A stretch of DNA of 36,094 nucleotides from a candidate division WOR-3 bacterium (GCA_039801225.1 JBDRUH010000013.1:1-36094), one strand, 5' to 3'. Numbered from the stretch's first letter, positions 24,517-34,103 are shown. Translations and numbers: made by a program. Notes: a model not told the origin generated them from the sequence alone.

Positions 24517-26121
24517 TTAACTCTTTTTAGTATAGTCTGGTAGAATGATGGGCGATTTTACCTTTGGCTCAATCTCTTTTTCCTTCAGAAGCGCGCGCCA
24601 TTTTTTGATATGGTTAAGGGTAAGTTGTCCGAACTGGGTTCTTTTTTGGGCAGTTTGTGCTGCGGAAAATCCGGCGCGGCGACCAAATACTATTACATCA
24701 AGGAGCGAATTCCCCATCAAACGGTTACGACCGTGAACGCCACCTGACGCCTCACCAGCGACAAAGAGAAACGGGACCGATGTCCGGCACTGAGGGTCAA
24801 TAGCCACTCCGCCATTTTGATAATGAAGTGTTGGATAAACCAGAATCGGTTCTTTATCAATTTCAATCCCGAAGCGGGCGAACTGACGCACCATTGCTGG
24901 TAGTTCCCGTTTTACCGTGCCCGGACCACGGAGGATTTCAATCATCGGCGTATCCAGCCACACTCCTTGAGCTCCGGCTGGAGTGGTAACCCCCCGTCCT
25001 TCCTGGCATTCCCGGATAATCGCAGACGCCACCACATCCCGGGTCTCTAATGGGTAAATGAACTGCTCGGCAGCGATATTGACCAGTTGAGCGCCCAGGC
25101 TTCTCACCTTTTCGGTTACCAATTGACCGATAATTTGCTGGGGATAGGCGACACCGGTTGGATGGTATTGCATTGTATCAATGAACTTGAGGAGGGCACC
25201 AGCGCGATAAGCCAAGACCAGACCATCACCAGTGGCACCGTAGTGGTTGGAGGTGGGAAATGACTGATAATGAAGGCGTCCACTACCACCGGTGGCGAGC
25301 ACTACCGTTTTTGCCTGGATGATAATGTAACGGTTGAGGTTTAAATTTAAAAGAACCGCGCCAGTTACCGAACCATCCTCTTCGGTTAACAGTTCCACCG
25401 CTGGGCAGAATTCCAAGACGGTAATTTTTTCTCGGCTTTTTACCTCATCCCGGAGGGTGCGCATAATTTCGGCACCGGTGTAGTCGCGGGCGGTATGCAT
25501 CCTTTTTCGGGAGGTGCCACCACCGTGGATGGTTTTCATTGAGCCGTCAGGGTTTTTGTCAAACATTACCCCTAAATCCTCCAGCCACTGAATCGCCTCA
25601 GGCGCATCGGTTACCAGTGTTTCCACCAATTCAGGGTCATTGGCGAAATGTCCACCTCCTAAGACATCAAGATAGTGAATTGCTGGCGAATCGTTTTCTT
25701 TGTCCGCGGCTTGAATCCCACCCTGTGCCATCATTGTATTGGCATCGCCCAAGCGGAGTTTTGTGGCGATGATAACATTTGCTCCCTCATCATCGGCAAT
25801 CAGTGCCGCGGCACAACCCGCGCCACCGCCGCCGATAATTAGCACATCACACTGATAATCCGGCGCATCAAAAGAGTTAGTGTCCGGTTCAATAAGGCTG
25901 TCGCCTTCTAAGAGGAGGGCAAGTTCTTTAGGCGTTCGGTCTCCGGCATTCGCTCCGACCCGCAACTGGGCAAAGGTATCAGCACGATAATCGGGGTGAA
26001 AGCCTTTCAGTAGTTTTTCTTTTTCTTCTGGTTTCAGTCGCGGAAAAGTGGTCTTCAACCGAGTTTCCCGGGTGAGAGACACTTTTCGGGCTAACTCATC
26101 TAACGGTGCTGGATAACTCAT
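24517..26121 (-). CDS. SdhA/FrdA/NadB-family flavoprotein
   Basis: IIGGGGAG, NTMMAQGG, LATGG, QYHPT, TEKVR, TRDVVA, HYQNGG, HGRNRLMGNSL. Confidence 0.88.
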   Translation of the reverse strand: MSYPAPLDELARKVSLTRETRLKTTFPRLKPEEKEKLLKGFHPDYRADTFAQLRVGANAGDRTPKELALLLEGDSLIEPDTNSFDAPDYQCDVLIIGGGGAGCAAALIADDEGANVIIATKLRLGDANTMMAQGGIQAADKENDSPAIHYLDVLGGGHFANDPELVETLVTDAPEAIQWLEDLGVMFDKNPDGSMKTIHGGGTSRKRMHTARDYTGAEIMRTLRDEVKSREKITVLEFCPAVELLTEEDGSVTGAVLLNLNLNRYIIIQAKTVVLATGGSGRLHYQSFPTSNHYGATGDGLVLAYRAGALLKFIDTMQYHPTGVAYPQQIIGQLVTEKVRSLGAQLVNIAAEQFIYPLETRDVVASAIIRECQEGRGVTTPAGAQGVWLDTPMIEILRGPGTVKRELPAMVRQFARFGIEIDKEPILVYPTLHYQNGGVAIDPQCRTSVPFLFVAGEASGGVHGRNRLMGNSLLDVIVFGRRAGFSAAQTAQKRTQFGQLTLNHIKKWRALLKEKEIEPKVKSPIILPDYTKKS

Positions 26122-26123
26122 TG

Positions 26124-26807
26124 TTACTCCTCAGGTTCAATTTCCCGGGTGGCATAAAGTTTTTGTAATTCCTCCCGGGAGAGACTTTTAAGTTCCGAGA
26201 TTTCCTTGGCAAACCGTCCTTCTTTGATTTCTGCAATGCGTTTTTTTAAATGTTCGGAACGGGGAGCAATTTTTTTGCCGTAGATTCGGCGCGACAAAAG
26301 GGCGGCATGGTGTTTTACCAGTTCTGCCGGGCAGCGGGTAACGCAAAGTCCACACATTATGCAGTCAAAGGAGATGTCGGCAGCGGCAGGAATGTCGCCG
26401 CGAATGAGCGCCGATACATAACCCAAAACATCAATATCTTGGGGGCAGGATTTGGTGCAGGTGTTACAACCGTAGCAGGAGAGGAGTTCGGGGTATATCG
26501 CCAAAATCTCTTCGGGTGTTCCCTTCAGTTCTGAAAGTTTATAGCGGGGGCGGTGAGCGGGGAAGAAGGGTATCATCGCCAGTTGCATATTCGGTTCCAC
26601 TTTGGTCTGGCAGGCAAGGGCAAATTTAAGATGATAGTCCCCGGCAACACGATACACAGTAGCACAGGCGCCACAGAAACCTCCCCGGCAGCCCACACCG
26701 CGCACAAGCCGGTAACCGGCATACTCCAGCGCCTGGAGAATGGTGAGTTCTGCCGGCACTTGGTGATGCTCACCCATAATATAGATACTTACCAAATTTT
26801 CGTTCAT
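26124..26807 (-). CDS. SdhB/FrdB-like iron-sulfur subunit (2Fe-2S plus 2x 4Fe-4S)
   Basis: GCRGGFCGAC...LACQ; CYGCNTCTKSCP; CIMCGLCVTRCP. Confidence 0.88.
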   Translation of the reverse strand: MNENLVSIYIMGEHHQVPAELTILQALEYAGYRLVRGVGCRGGFCGACATVYRVAGDYHLKFALACQTKVEPNMQLAMIPFFPAHRPRYKLSELKGTPEEILAIYPELLSCYGCNTCTKSCPQDIDVLGYVSALIRGDIPAAADISFDCIMCGLCVTRCPAELVKHHAALLSRRIYGKKIAPRSEHLKKRIAEIKEGRFAKEISELKSLSREELQKLYATREIEPEE

Positions 26808-26838
26808 CTATTATCTCCCTTCAGGCAAAGGTATAGAT

Positions 26839-26879
26839 GTAGGGCACTCTGCCCGATTCGGGCAGGTCGCTCTGCGACC
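26839..26879. repeat. GTAG-led double palindrome in intergenic region
   Basis: GTAGGGCACT followed by perfect CTGCCCGA-T-TCGGGCAG and GGTCGC-TCT-GCGACC. Confidence 0.7.
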
Positions 26880-26945
26880 ACCTTTATGTTTGCAATCGTA
26901 AAATTAGAAAGCCGGAAATGGATTCTACCAACAACCACCACTAAC

Positions 26946-27395
26946 CTACTCCGGTTGAGAGTCGGCATAAAACTGGTCAAGGTAATAGTCATCGGTTGGT
27001 GAGAGATGCTCAAGGAGGTGTTTCATCTGTTCAATTGCGCGGTTTTTCACAATATAATATTTAATTGTGGTATCCACCTGGGGGCAGGCAAGGACGCACT
27101 GATAACAGCGGTCACAGTCGCCGCCTACCATTGTTTCCAGTGCCAGACTGGTTCGCTGGGCGGTGCGTTTAAGTCGGGCAGGTTCCCGGGCTAAAAGTGA
27201 GCATATGTCAATGCAGTTACCGCAGCCCAGACAGGCACGGGTGCCTACGAGATTTTCCTTAGTCTTAAGAGTATGGGAAGGTCCAAAACCAGAGGAGAGT
27301 AGTCGGCAGCGGGGCACTGGTGAGGCGGAGGTGTCCAGAATCCGGTCCAGAATTTTTTTGACACTGTTCACATCAGTCTGTTTGGTATTGGGCAT
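26946..27395 (-). CDS. 2x[4Fe-4S] ferredoxin-like protein
   Basis: CLGCGNCIDIC and CDRCYQCVLACP. Confidence 0.85.
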   Translation of the reverse strand: MPNTKQTDVNSVKKILDRILDTSASPVPRCRLLSSGFGPSHTLKTKENLVGTRACLGCGNCIDICSLLAREPARLKRTAQRTSLALETMVGGDCDRCYQCVLACPQVDTTIKYYIVKNRAIEQMKHLLEHLSPTDDYYLDQFYADSQPE

Positions 27396-27401
27396 TTTTG
27401 T

Positions 27402-28373
27402 TTAACCTTTAACTTTTTTGAACTCCTCAGTTAAGATGGGAACAACCTGGAACAAATCTCCGACAATGCCGTAATCGGCGACCTTAAATATGTTTGCCTC
27501 CGGGTCTTTGTTGATTGCCACAATGCATTTAGAATTAATCATTCCCACTAGATGCTGAATCGCACCGGATATACCGCAGGCGATATAAAGGGACGGGGCA
27601 ACCGTTTTACCGGTCTGACCGACCTGAAACTGGTGGTCGCGCCAGCCAGCATCAACCGCCGCGCGAGAGGCGCCAACGGCGGCATTAATCACCATCGCCA
27701 GTTCTTCCAGAAGGGCAAAATTCTCCGGTCCTTTCATTCCTCTGCCGCCCGAGATGATAATATCCGCTTCAGTTAACTCTATCGTTTTTGTCACCATCTT
27801 AACAACTTCATTGACCTTCATCCGTAGTTCTTGCGGTGTTAACTGAGCAACAATAATCTGACCACCTTTGTTCATTTCCGGCTGCTGTCCTACTGCCCGC
27901 GGTCTGATACTGATAACAACTGGTCTATCAGTTGTTGCTTTGATGGTGGCGAGCGCCTTTCCCGCATATATTGGGCGGGTGGCTATTAAATTGCCAGTTT
28001 CATCAAAGTCAATGGTAGTGCAGTCTTGAAGAAGGGCTGTTTCCAGCCGGGCAGCGAGGGTAGCGGCAAGGTCTTTTCCCAAGGATGTGGCGGAGAGAAC
28101 GATGGTATTAGGCTGGTGTTCTTTCACCAGATGTTCCAGCACACTACCATAACCATCCGAGGTATAGAACTCTAATTCAGGATTGTCAACAACAATTACC
28201 TGATTTACCCCGAACCGGACAATCTCCTGGGCGAGTGGCGTGATGCCTTTTCCTAAAATGACCGCAGTAAGACGGTCCTTTTTTCTCTCGGCGACCTGAT
28301 AGCCGACAAGGAGCGATTCAAATGCGACTTTCTTTAAAATTCCTTCGCGCTGTTCGCAAAATACTAATACCAT
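27402..28373 (-). CDS. etfA: Electron transfer flavoprotein alpha subunit
   Basis: [53 protein letters not shown]. Confidence 0.95.
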   Translation of the reverse strand: MVLVFCEQREGILKKVAFESLLVGYQVAERKKDRLTAVILGKGITPLAQEIVRFGVNQVIVVDNPELEFYTSDGYGSVLEHLVKEHQPNTIVLSATSLGKDLAATLAARLETALLQDCTTIDFDETGNLIATRPIYAGKALATIKATTDRPVVISIRPRAVGQQPEMNKGGQIIVAQLTPQELRMKVNEVVKMVTKTIELTEADIIISGGRGMKGPENFALLEELAMVINAAVGASRAAVDAGWRDHQFQVGQTGKTVAPSLYIACGISGAIQHLVGMINSKCIVAINKDPEANIFKVADYGIVGDLFQVVPILTEEFKKVKG

Positions 28374-28428
28374 TAAATCCTCCTGCTCTTCTTATAGTAA
28401 TTTAAAGCCAAACTCAAATTGAACATCA

Positions 28429-28456
28429 ATTTTATCTATATAAGGAGAAAAGTCAA
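28429..28456 (-). promoter_or_regulatory. Promoter of etfA operon
   Basis: Minus strand TTGACT-16 nt-TAAAAT. Confidence 0.6.
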
Positions 28457-28477
28457 CGATTTTATATAGTTCTCAAT

Positions 28478-28505
28478 TTGCCAGACGAGATTTTTGCAGT
28501 ATAGT
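28478..28505 (+). promoter_or_regulatory. Promoter of galE, probably leaderless
   Basis: TTGCCA-16 nt-TATAGT, GTG 8 nt further on. Confidence 0.6.
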
Positions 28506-28513
28506 AAATTCCT

Positions 28514-29518
28514 GTGTTACCGTTTATAAAAAATATTTCGGGAGATAAAGTTCTGGTTACCGGTGGTGCCGGCTATATCGGTAGCGTGATGACCAAAATG
28601 TTAATTGATGCCGGTTATGAGGTAACGGTTATTGATAATCTATCGTTTGGTCATCGTTCTGCAGTTTCGCCTTTAGCCCAATTGATAGAGGGTGATATCG
28701 GTGACGAATCCCTTTTAAATGATTTACTTTCTCGGGAAAGATTTGAGTGTGTCCTCCATTTTGCCGGATTGATTGTCGTTCCTGAATCGGTAGAAAAACC
28801 GGATGTTTATTTTGAGAACAATGTTGCCCGGGGAATAAGACTCCTCAATGCGGTCTGCCGGCATCAGGTTCCCAAGTTTATCTTTTCCTCCAGTGCCGCG
28901 GTCTATGGTGTCCCAGAGAAAGTGCCCATTACTGAAGATGCGGCACTTTCGCCAGAGAACCCTTATGGTGAGACCAAGCGATTGTTTGAAGAGTTATTAA
29001 AAGCCTACAGCCGGGCTTATGGTCTGCGCTTCTGCTCCTTGCGCTACTTCAATGTTGCCGGTGCCTATGCCGGTCTGGGCGAAGACCATCGCCCGGAGAC
29101 CCATTTGATTCCGAGAATATTGCGCTCGGTTTTGCATTCTGATGAGCGGTTTGAGATTTATGGTGATGATTATCCCACAAGGGATGGCACCTGTGTGCGG
29201 GATTATCTACATATTTATGATTTGTGTTATGCCCATCTTCTGGCATTAAAAGCGCTTAAAGATGAGAACTTGATTTACAATTTGGGCTCGGAAAATGGCT
29301 ATACGGTCAAAGAGGTTTTTGCTACCGCTGAGATGGTTATAAATAGCAAGATTCCTTTTAAGATTGCCCCCCGACGCCCGGGTGATGTGCCGGTTCTCGT
29401 CGCCTCCTCAGAAAAGATTAAAAAGGAACTGGGCTGGAGACCGCAGAAAAGTCTTGAGGATATGATTCGGGATGCCTGGGAATGGCATAGGGCAAATCCA
29501 AGAGGCTATCCGGATTAA
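28514..29518 (+). CDS. galE: UDP-glucose 4-epimerase
   Basis: VTGGAGYIGS, HFAG, VPESV, FSSSAAVYG, YGETK, LRYFN, DGTCVRDY, RRPGD. Confidence 0.95.
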   Translation: MLPFIKNISGDKVLVTGGAGYIGSVMTKMLIDAGYEVTVIDNLSFGHRSAVSPLAQLIEGDIGDESLLNDLLSRERFECVLHFAGLIVVPESVEKPDVYFENNVARGIRLLNAVCRHQVPKFIFSSSAAVYGVPEKVPITEDAALSPENPYGETKRLFEELLKAYSRAYGLRFCSLRYFNVAGAYAGLGEDHRPETHLIPRILRSVLHSDERFEIYGDDYPTRDGTCVRDYLHIYDLCYAHLLALKALKDENLIYNLGSENGYTVKEVFATAEMVINSKIPFKIAPRRPGDVPVLVASSEKIKKELGWRPQKSLEDMIRDAWEWHRANPRGYPD

Positions 29519-29540
29519 TCTTCATTTCTTAAGTCCATTA

Positions 29541-29568
29541 TTGACAACTTTAATAATTCGTTTATCTT
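29541..29568 (+). promoter_or_regulatory. Promoter of asd, probably leaderless
   Basis: TTGACA-16 nt-TATCTT, ATG 7 nt further on, no SD. Confidence 0.6.
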
Positions 29569-29575
29569 AAAATCT

Positions 29576-30571
29576 ATGAGGAAAATTGGTATTGCTGGAG
29601 CAACCGGTCTGGTTGGTGAGACCCTTATTTGTTTACTTGAGGCGTCAGATTATAGAATAGAGGATTTGCGGCTGTTTGCCTCGCAACGAAGCGCCGGGGC
29701 AAAGATTTCTTTCCGGGATAAGGAGTATGAGGTTAAAGAGGTTACGGTTGAAGGTTTTCAAGGGCTGGATATCGCCTTTTTCTGTCTTGAGAATGAACTT
29801 GCCCGTAAGTTTGTTCCTGAGGTGGCAAAACTTTGCCCGGTGATTGACAAATCCAGTGAGTTCCGGCTCAAAGATGATGTTCCGCTTGTTGTCCCTGAGG
29901 TCAACGCGGATGCCTTGAAAGGTCATAAGAACATCATCGCCAACCCCAACTGTACAACAATTCCCTTGGTGGTTGCACTCAAACCCTTACATCAGGAGTT
30001 TGGTTTGCAAGAGGTCTTTCTGGCATCATATCAGTCGGTTTCCGGGGCAGGCAGGGCAAGCCTTGAACAACTTTATTACGAGACTGAATTTATCGCATTA
30101 AGGCAAGAGCCGGATACAAAGGACAGCCCTTTTCCCTGTCAGATTGCCGATAATGTCATTCCCCAGATTGGTGAACTGGATGAAGAAGGTTTTAGCGGAG
30201 AGGAGCGGAAAACAATTGAGGAGACAAGGAAGATACTCTCTTTGCCGGATTTGAAGATTAACTCAACTTGCGTGCGCGTGCCAATTTCAATTGGACACTC
30301 TTTGGCGGTAACCTGCCGTTTTGAAAAACCTATTGATGTGGAAAAGGCAAAAAAGGTCTTGAGGGATGCACCGGGTTTGGTTTTGAAGGATGACGCCGAA
30401 ATAGTAACGCCGGTTTTATGCCGGGGGAAAAATGATGTGTTTGTCTCCCGGGTGCGCCGGGGGGCAACCGAATATGAGTTAAACCTCTGGATTTGCACCG
30501 ACAATTTGCGCAAGGGCGCAGCAACCAATGCGCTCCAGATTGCCGAACTGCTTCAGCGTACAAAAGCGTAG
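29576..30571 (+). CDS. asd: Aspartate-semialdehyde dehydrogenase
   Basis: GATGLVG, PLVVPEVN, ANPNCTT, YQSVSGAG, TCVRVP, DNLRKGAATNA. Confidence 0.96.
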   Translation: MRKIGIAGATGLVGETLICLLEASDYRIEDLRLFASQRSAGAKISFRDKEYEVKEVTVEGFQGLDIAFFCLENELARKFVPEVAKLCPVIDKSSEFRLKDDVPLVVPEVNADALKGHKNIIANPNCTTIPLVVALKPLHQEFGLQEVFLASYQSVSGAGRASLEQLYYETEFIALRQEPDTKDSPFPCQIADNVIPQIGELDEEGFSGEERKTIEETRKILSLPDLKINSTCVRVPISIGHSLAVTCRFEKPIDVEKAKKVLRDAPGLVLKDDAEIVTPVLCRGKNDVFVSRVRRGATEYELNLWICTDNLRKGAATNALQIAELLQRTKA

Positions 30572-30596
30572 CTGCTGCACCCTAAAAAGGGTAGAA

Positions 30597-30626
30597 GTTT
30601 GACAAACCCCTGAAGTCTCCTAATAT
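30597..30626 (+). promoter_or_regulatory. Promoter of hicB-hicA, probably leaderless
   Basis: TTGACA-16 nt-TAATAT, ATG 6 nt further on; palindrome GTTTG-A-CAAAC covers the -35. Confidence 0.6.
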
Positions 30627-30632
30627 TAATTG

Positions 30633-30884
30633 ATGGCAAAAAAAATAAGGAAAAAGGTTTATGAATACACCGCCATTTTTGAACCTGCTGAAGAGGGAGG
30701 ATATGTGGTTTATGTGCCGGCTTTACCCGGTTGTGTTACCCAGGGGGAGAATTTTGAAGAAGCCTTTCAGATGATTCAGGATGCGATTGCTGGTTATTTG
30801 GCGGTGTTAAAGGAGACAAAAGGGGAAATTCCAAAAGAAAAGCCGGGCGCGATTATTGCTCGTGTGCCTGCAGTCTTAAGGTAG
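30633..30884 (+). CDS. hicB: HicB-family antitoxin, short form
   Basis: EEGGYVVYVPALPGCVTQGENFEEA...DAI; no C-terminal DNA-binding domain visible. Confidence 0.9.
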   Translation: MAKKIRKKVYEYTAIFEPAEEGGYVVYVPALPGCVTQGENFEEAFQMIQDAIAGYLAVLKETKGEIPKEKPGAIIARVPAVLR

Positions 30885-30891
30885 TTGGTTT

Positions 30892-31122
30892 ATGCGCCTC
30901 CCCTCGCTAAAGCCTGCGGAGGTTATATTTGTTCTTAAGAAATTGGGATTCATTGAAAAACGGCAGACCGGTGCTCACAAGATCTTCTATCACCCGACAA
31001 GCAAAAAGATAGTAGTTGTGCCCACTCACACCCGTGACATCAAGCGAGGGCTGCTGCGAGCGATTGTTGCTCAACTGGAACTGAAACCCAACGATTTTCT
31101 GATGGCACTGAGGAAAAAATGA
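30892..31122 (+). CDS. hicA: HicA-family mRNA interferase toxin
   Basis: LKKLGF...RQTGAH...VVPTH...GLLRAI. Confidence 0.9.
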   Translation: MRLPSLKPAEVIFVLKKLGFIEKRQTGAHKIFYHPTSKKIVVVPTHTRDIKRGLLRAIVAQLELKPNDFLMALRKK

Positions 31123-31157
31123 GCAGGAGTGCTGCCCCAGGTGAAAGGAGTGGTAAG

Positions 31158-33185
31158 ATGAAAATGTTCATCGTTTTACTCACCTTTTTGCCCGTTATTA
31201 TTCTTGCCCAGCCGGTGTTTGAGCCACCGGTCTGTGGCGTCGGAGGCAAACCTAAAGGTAGTCGCTTTGCGACCTGCCGAGGCAGAGTGCCCTACTTTGA
31301 AGTCAATCCATTCACTTTTGCTGAGTCGCTCCACTCTTATGATGTCCGGCACTATCGGCTGGACTTTGAACTGCCGATGGATAATGCCGGTTACAGTTGC
31401 CGGGAGAGGGTGGTAATAAAAAGCAATGTCCCATCACTTGATACATTTTCCATTGACTTTGCTAATCTGGTCTGTGATTCGGTTAAGTGCGATGATGACC
31501 TTCTTACCTTTACCAATTCCTCCGAACAGTTAAACATTAAACTTGATACCCCTCTCCCATTAGGTGATTCAACCACAATTGACATCTTCTTTCACCGGGA
31601 ACCCACGGCGCCCCAGATTGGCTATTTTTTTGCTCAATCGCCCGGAATAAAGCATTCCCATGCGATGACCTGCGGCTGTCCGCGTGATAACCACTACTGG
31701 TTTGCCTGCTGGGACTGGCCCAATGATAAGGCGGAACGAGGGTGTGAAATCAATATTACTTTACCCGATACATTTCAGGCTTGCGCCAACGGCGTCCTGG
31801 ATTCGGTTACCGATGCGCCTGGGGGCAAAAAGACCTGGTGGTGGCGCCATTCCTATCCAATCTGCACATATCTGATGACCTTTTCTGCCTCAAGGTTTGC
31901 CCGCTGGGACACAATTGTTACCTGCTCTGATGGTGATACTGTGCCGCTTATCTATTTTATGTGGCCAGAGGATTCGGCAAAAACCAGGAACGGTTATCGT
32001 TATGTGCCGGATATGATGCTCTACTATAGCGACACCAGCCGGTTCGGTCCTTATCCCTTTGAACGGTTCGGGATGGTGCCGGGCTATTACGGTTTCCCCT
32101 GGGGCGGAATGGAGCATCAGACCCAGGTGATGATTCATACCAATTTTATTGGTGGTGGTGGCGAAGCGACAATCTGCCACGAACTTTCCCATATGTGGTG
32201 GGGCGATATGGTAACCCATATCAGTTATGCCGATGTCTGGCTAAATGAAGGGTTTGCCTCCTGGGCGGAGTGCCTTTATATGGGTCATCTGAATGGTAGA
32301 AACTATTTCCAGCAATATATTGTTAGTAAGGCAAACCAGTATTTCAGCCAGCACCGCTCAAAGGATTTTCCTATCTACAATCCACCCTGGAATGAGATTT
32401 ACAATTACGGGATTATTTATTGCAAGGGTTCCTGGATTTTAAGGATGCTTCAGTTCTTAACCGGTGATACCGCCTGGGAGAAACCGGGTATTTTCTTTAA
32501 GGCACTGCGGACTTATGGGGATTCATTTAAATATGGCACAGTTTCAACTGAGGACTTTCAGCGCATCACCGAACAGGTTACCGGAATTGATTTGGATACA
32601 TTTTTTAATGAATGGATTTATGACCGAGGCTATCCCAAGTTCTGGCTTAACTGGACAACGGCGCCTTTTTATGACTCCTGGCAGGTATTTATCAGGCTTG
32701 TTCAGCATAATGACACCAACTCCCGAGCGTTTTTTCGGAGTGTCCCTTTGCCCATTCGGTTTAACTGCCCAGGTGAGAGTATAACTGTTGTCCTTTTTCC
32801 TCAGGATACAGTATATTATGACACATTTCTACTTGACCGCTGGCCTATGAGCATTACCCCTGACCCGGACAACTGGATTTTGGACAGTTGCACCGTAACT
32901 TCAATAGGTATAGAGGAGATGAATTGTTTTCTACCAGTTCACATTTCCACTATTAAACCCAATCCAGCAACCGGTGCAGTTATCTTCCAACTTAGCGAAA
33001 AATTAGAAAGACCAGTCCAGATTTACGACCGAAGCGGAAGGCTGGTTAAAGAACTTTTGGCAAACTCCAGCCAACTTATCTGGCAAAGGACCGATGCCAA
33101 GGGGAAACGCGTTCCTGCGGGAGTTTACTTCGTCCGAATTGCTGGCAACTCAGAAACCATAGAAAAAATCGTTCTTATTGAATGA
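31158..33185 (+). CDS. Secreted M1-family zinc aminopeptidase with T9SS-like CTD
   Basis: GGMEH, HELSH-X18-E (WLNEG), YCKG; start at ATG 31158 after AAGGAG gives a signal peptide; CTD PNP...IYDRSGRLV...GVYF. Confidence 0.9.
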   Translation: MKMFIVLLTFLPVIILAQPVFEPPVCGVGGKPKGSRFATCRGRVPYFEVNPFTFAESLHSYDVRHYRLDFELPMDNAGYSCRERVVIKSNVPSLDTFSIDFANLVCDSVKCDDDLLTFTNSSEQLNIKLDTPLPLGDSTTIDIFFHREPTAPQIGYFFAQSPGIKHSHAMTCGCPRDNHYWFACWDWPNDKAERGCEINITLPDTFQACANGVLDSVTDAPGGKKTWWWRHSYPICTYLMTFSASRFARWDTIVTCSDGDTVPLIYFMWPEDSAKTRNGYRYVPDMMLYYSDTSRFGPYPFERFGMVPGYYGFPWGGMEHQTQVMIHTNFIGGGGEATICHELSHMWWGDMVTHISYADVWLNEGFASWAECLYMGHLNGRNYFQQYIVSKANQYFSQHRSKDFPIYNPPWNEIYNYGIIYCKGSWILRMLQFLTGDTAWEKPGIFFKALRTYGDSFKYGTVSTEDFQRITEQVTGIDLDTFFNEWIYDRGYPKFWLNWTTAPFYDSWQVFIRLVQHNDTNSRAFFRSVPLPIRFNCPGESITVVLFPQDTVYYDTFLLDRWPMSITPDPDNWILDSCTVTSIGIEEMNCFLPVHISTIKPNPATGAVIFQLSEKLERPVQIYDRSGRLVKELLANSSQLIWQRTDAKGKRVPAGVYFVRIAGNSETIEKIVLIE

Positions 33186-33214
33186 GAACAAATAACTTAA
33201 AGAAAGGGGTTAAA

Positions 33215-33712
33215 ATGCGCAGTTTTATTATCGCAGTCTTTGCCCTCATTTTAATTGTCTGTGGCGGGCAGAAAGCGCCGGCGCCAAAAGTTACCCAGCC
33301 ATCAGCCGCACCAGAAACTTCTACTTTTGCACCCGTAGAATCGGCAAAACCGGCAACGGCTGAAGTAAAAACTGAATCGGTGGAAACAAAATCTCCTCCT
33401 GCCAGAACACAAAAGGAAGAAAAACAACCGGTCCAACTGCCCAAACTCTGGGACTTCTTTGCCACCTGGTGTCCACCCTGCAAACAGCAGGCGCCAATCA
33501 TTGAGGAACTTGCCGCGGAATACTCTGGGCAGATTGAGATTATTTCCATAGACACCGATAAAAATCCGGAACTGGCGCGGAAGTTTAATATTCAGGCGAT
33601 ACCAACTCTGGTTTTCCTTGACCCTTCAGGCAAGGAACTCTCCCGCCGTGTCGGCTTCTTTCCCAAGGATTCCATATTGGCTCGGTTCAAGGCGCACGGA
33701 TTTATCAAATAA
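33215..33712 (+). CDS. Thioredoxin-family lipoprotein
   Basis: Hydrophobic N-terminus ending LIVC-GG; P/A/T/E-rich linker; DFFATWCPPC; IPTL cis-Pro loop. Confidence 0.88.
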   Translation: MRSFIIAVFALILIVCGGQKAPAPKVTQPSAAPETSTFAPVESAKPATAEVKTESVETKSPPARTQKEEKQPVQLPKLWDFFATWCPPCKQQAPIIEELAAEYSGQIEIISIDTDKNPELARKFNIQAIPTLVFLDPSGKELSRRVGFFPKDSILARFKAHGFIK

Positions 33713-33780
33713 CTGAACAGTTCTCTTCTCTTAAAGTCGGGCTCGGGCAGGCTCCACGGCCATTCCCTTTGAACTAATTT

Positions 33781-34101
33781 ATGCTCAGAGGTAGATTAAA
33801 GGATGAGCCGGGGTATATTGAAACCTGGGGAACAATCAAAGGGGTCTTAGAGGTTTGGCAGGCTGAAGAAGACCTTGAAGTCAAAGGAGTCTGCACCGAC
33901 ATTGTTGAACTTTACTCCTGGCTTTTGCCCTCTATCGCCTCTGCACATCCGGGAAAGGAAATCTATCTGGGTGAAATCAGAATTCCTGAAACAGAACCGG
34001 AAAAGGAGCTGTTAAAACAGGAAATAAGGCTCCTTCTGGAGGAGAACTCAGGGAGGATGGAGCGGGTTGAACCCAAACGCCAGGCAAAAGGGCAACCCTG
34101 A
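33781..34101 (+). CDS. Hypothetical protein
   Basis: 106-aa acidic ORF co-oriented with neighbours; no motif recognised. Confidence 0.5.
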   Translation: MLRGRLKDEPGYIETWGTIKGVLEVWQAEEDLEVKGVCTDIVELYSWLLPSIASAHPGKEIYLGEIRIPETEPEKELLKQEIRLLLEENSGRMERVEPKRQAKGQP

Positions 34102-34103
34102 CG

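Noticed and set aside
24517..26121. Naming the flavoprotein sdhA or nadB
   Set aside because: No membrane anchors or nadA/nadC nearby and mixed features; needs phylogeny.
26804..27013. 69-aa minus-strand ORF between ferredoxin and Fe-S subunit
   Set aside because: Overlaps the ferredoxin, runs through palindromic repeats, has no SD or recognisable motif.
31119..31157. Longer aminopeptidase start overlapping the hicA stop
   Set aside because: The ATG at 31158 has an SD and yields a proper signal peptide.
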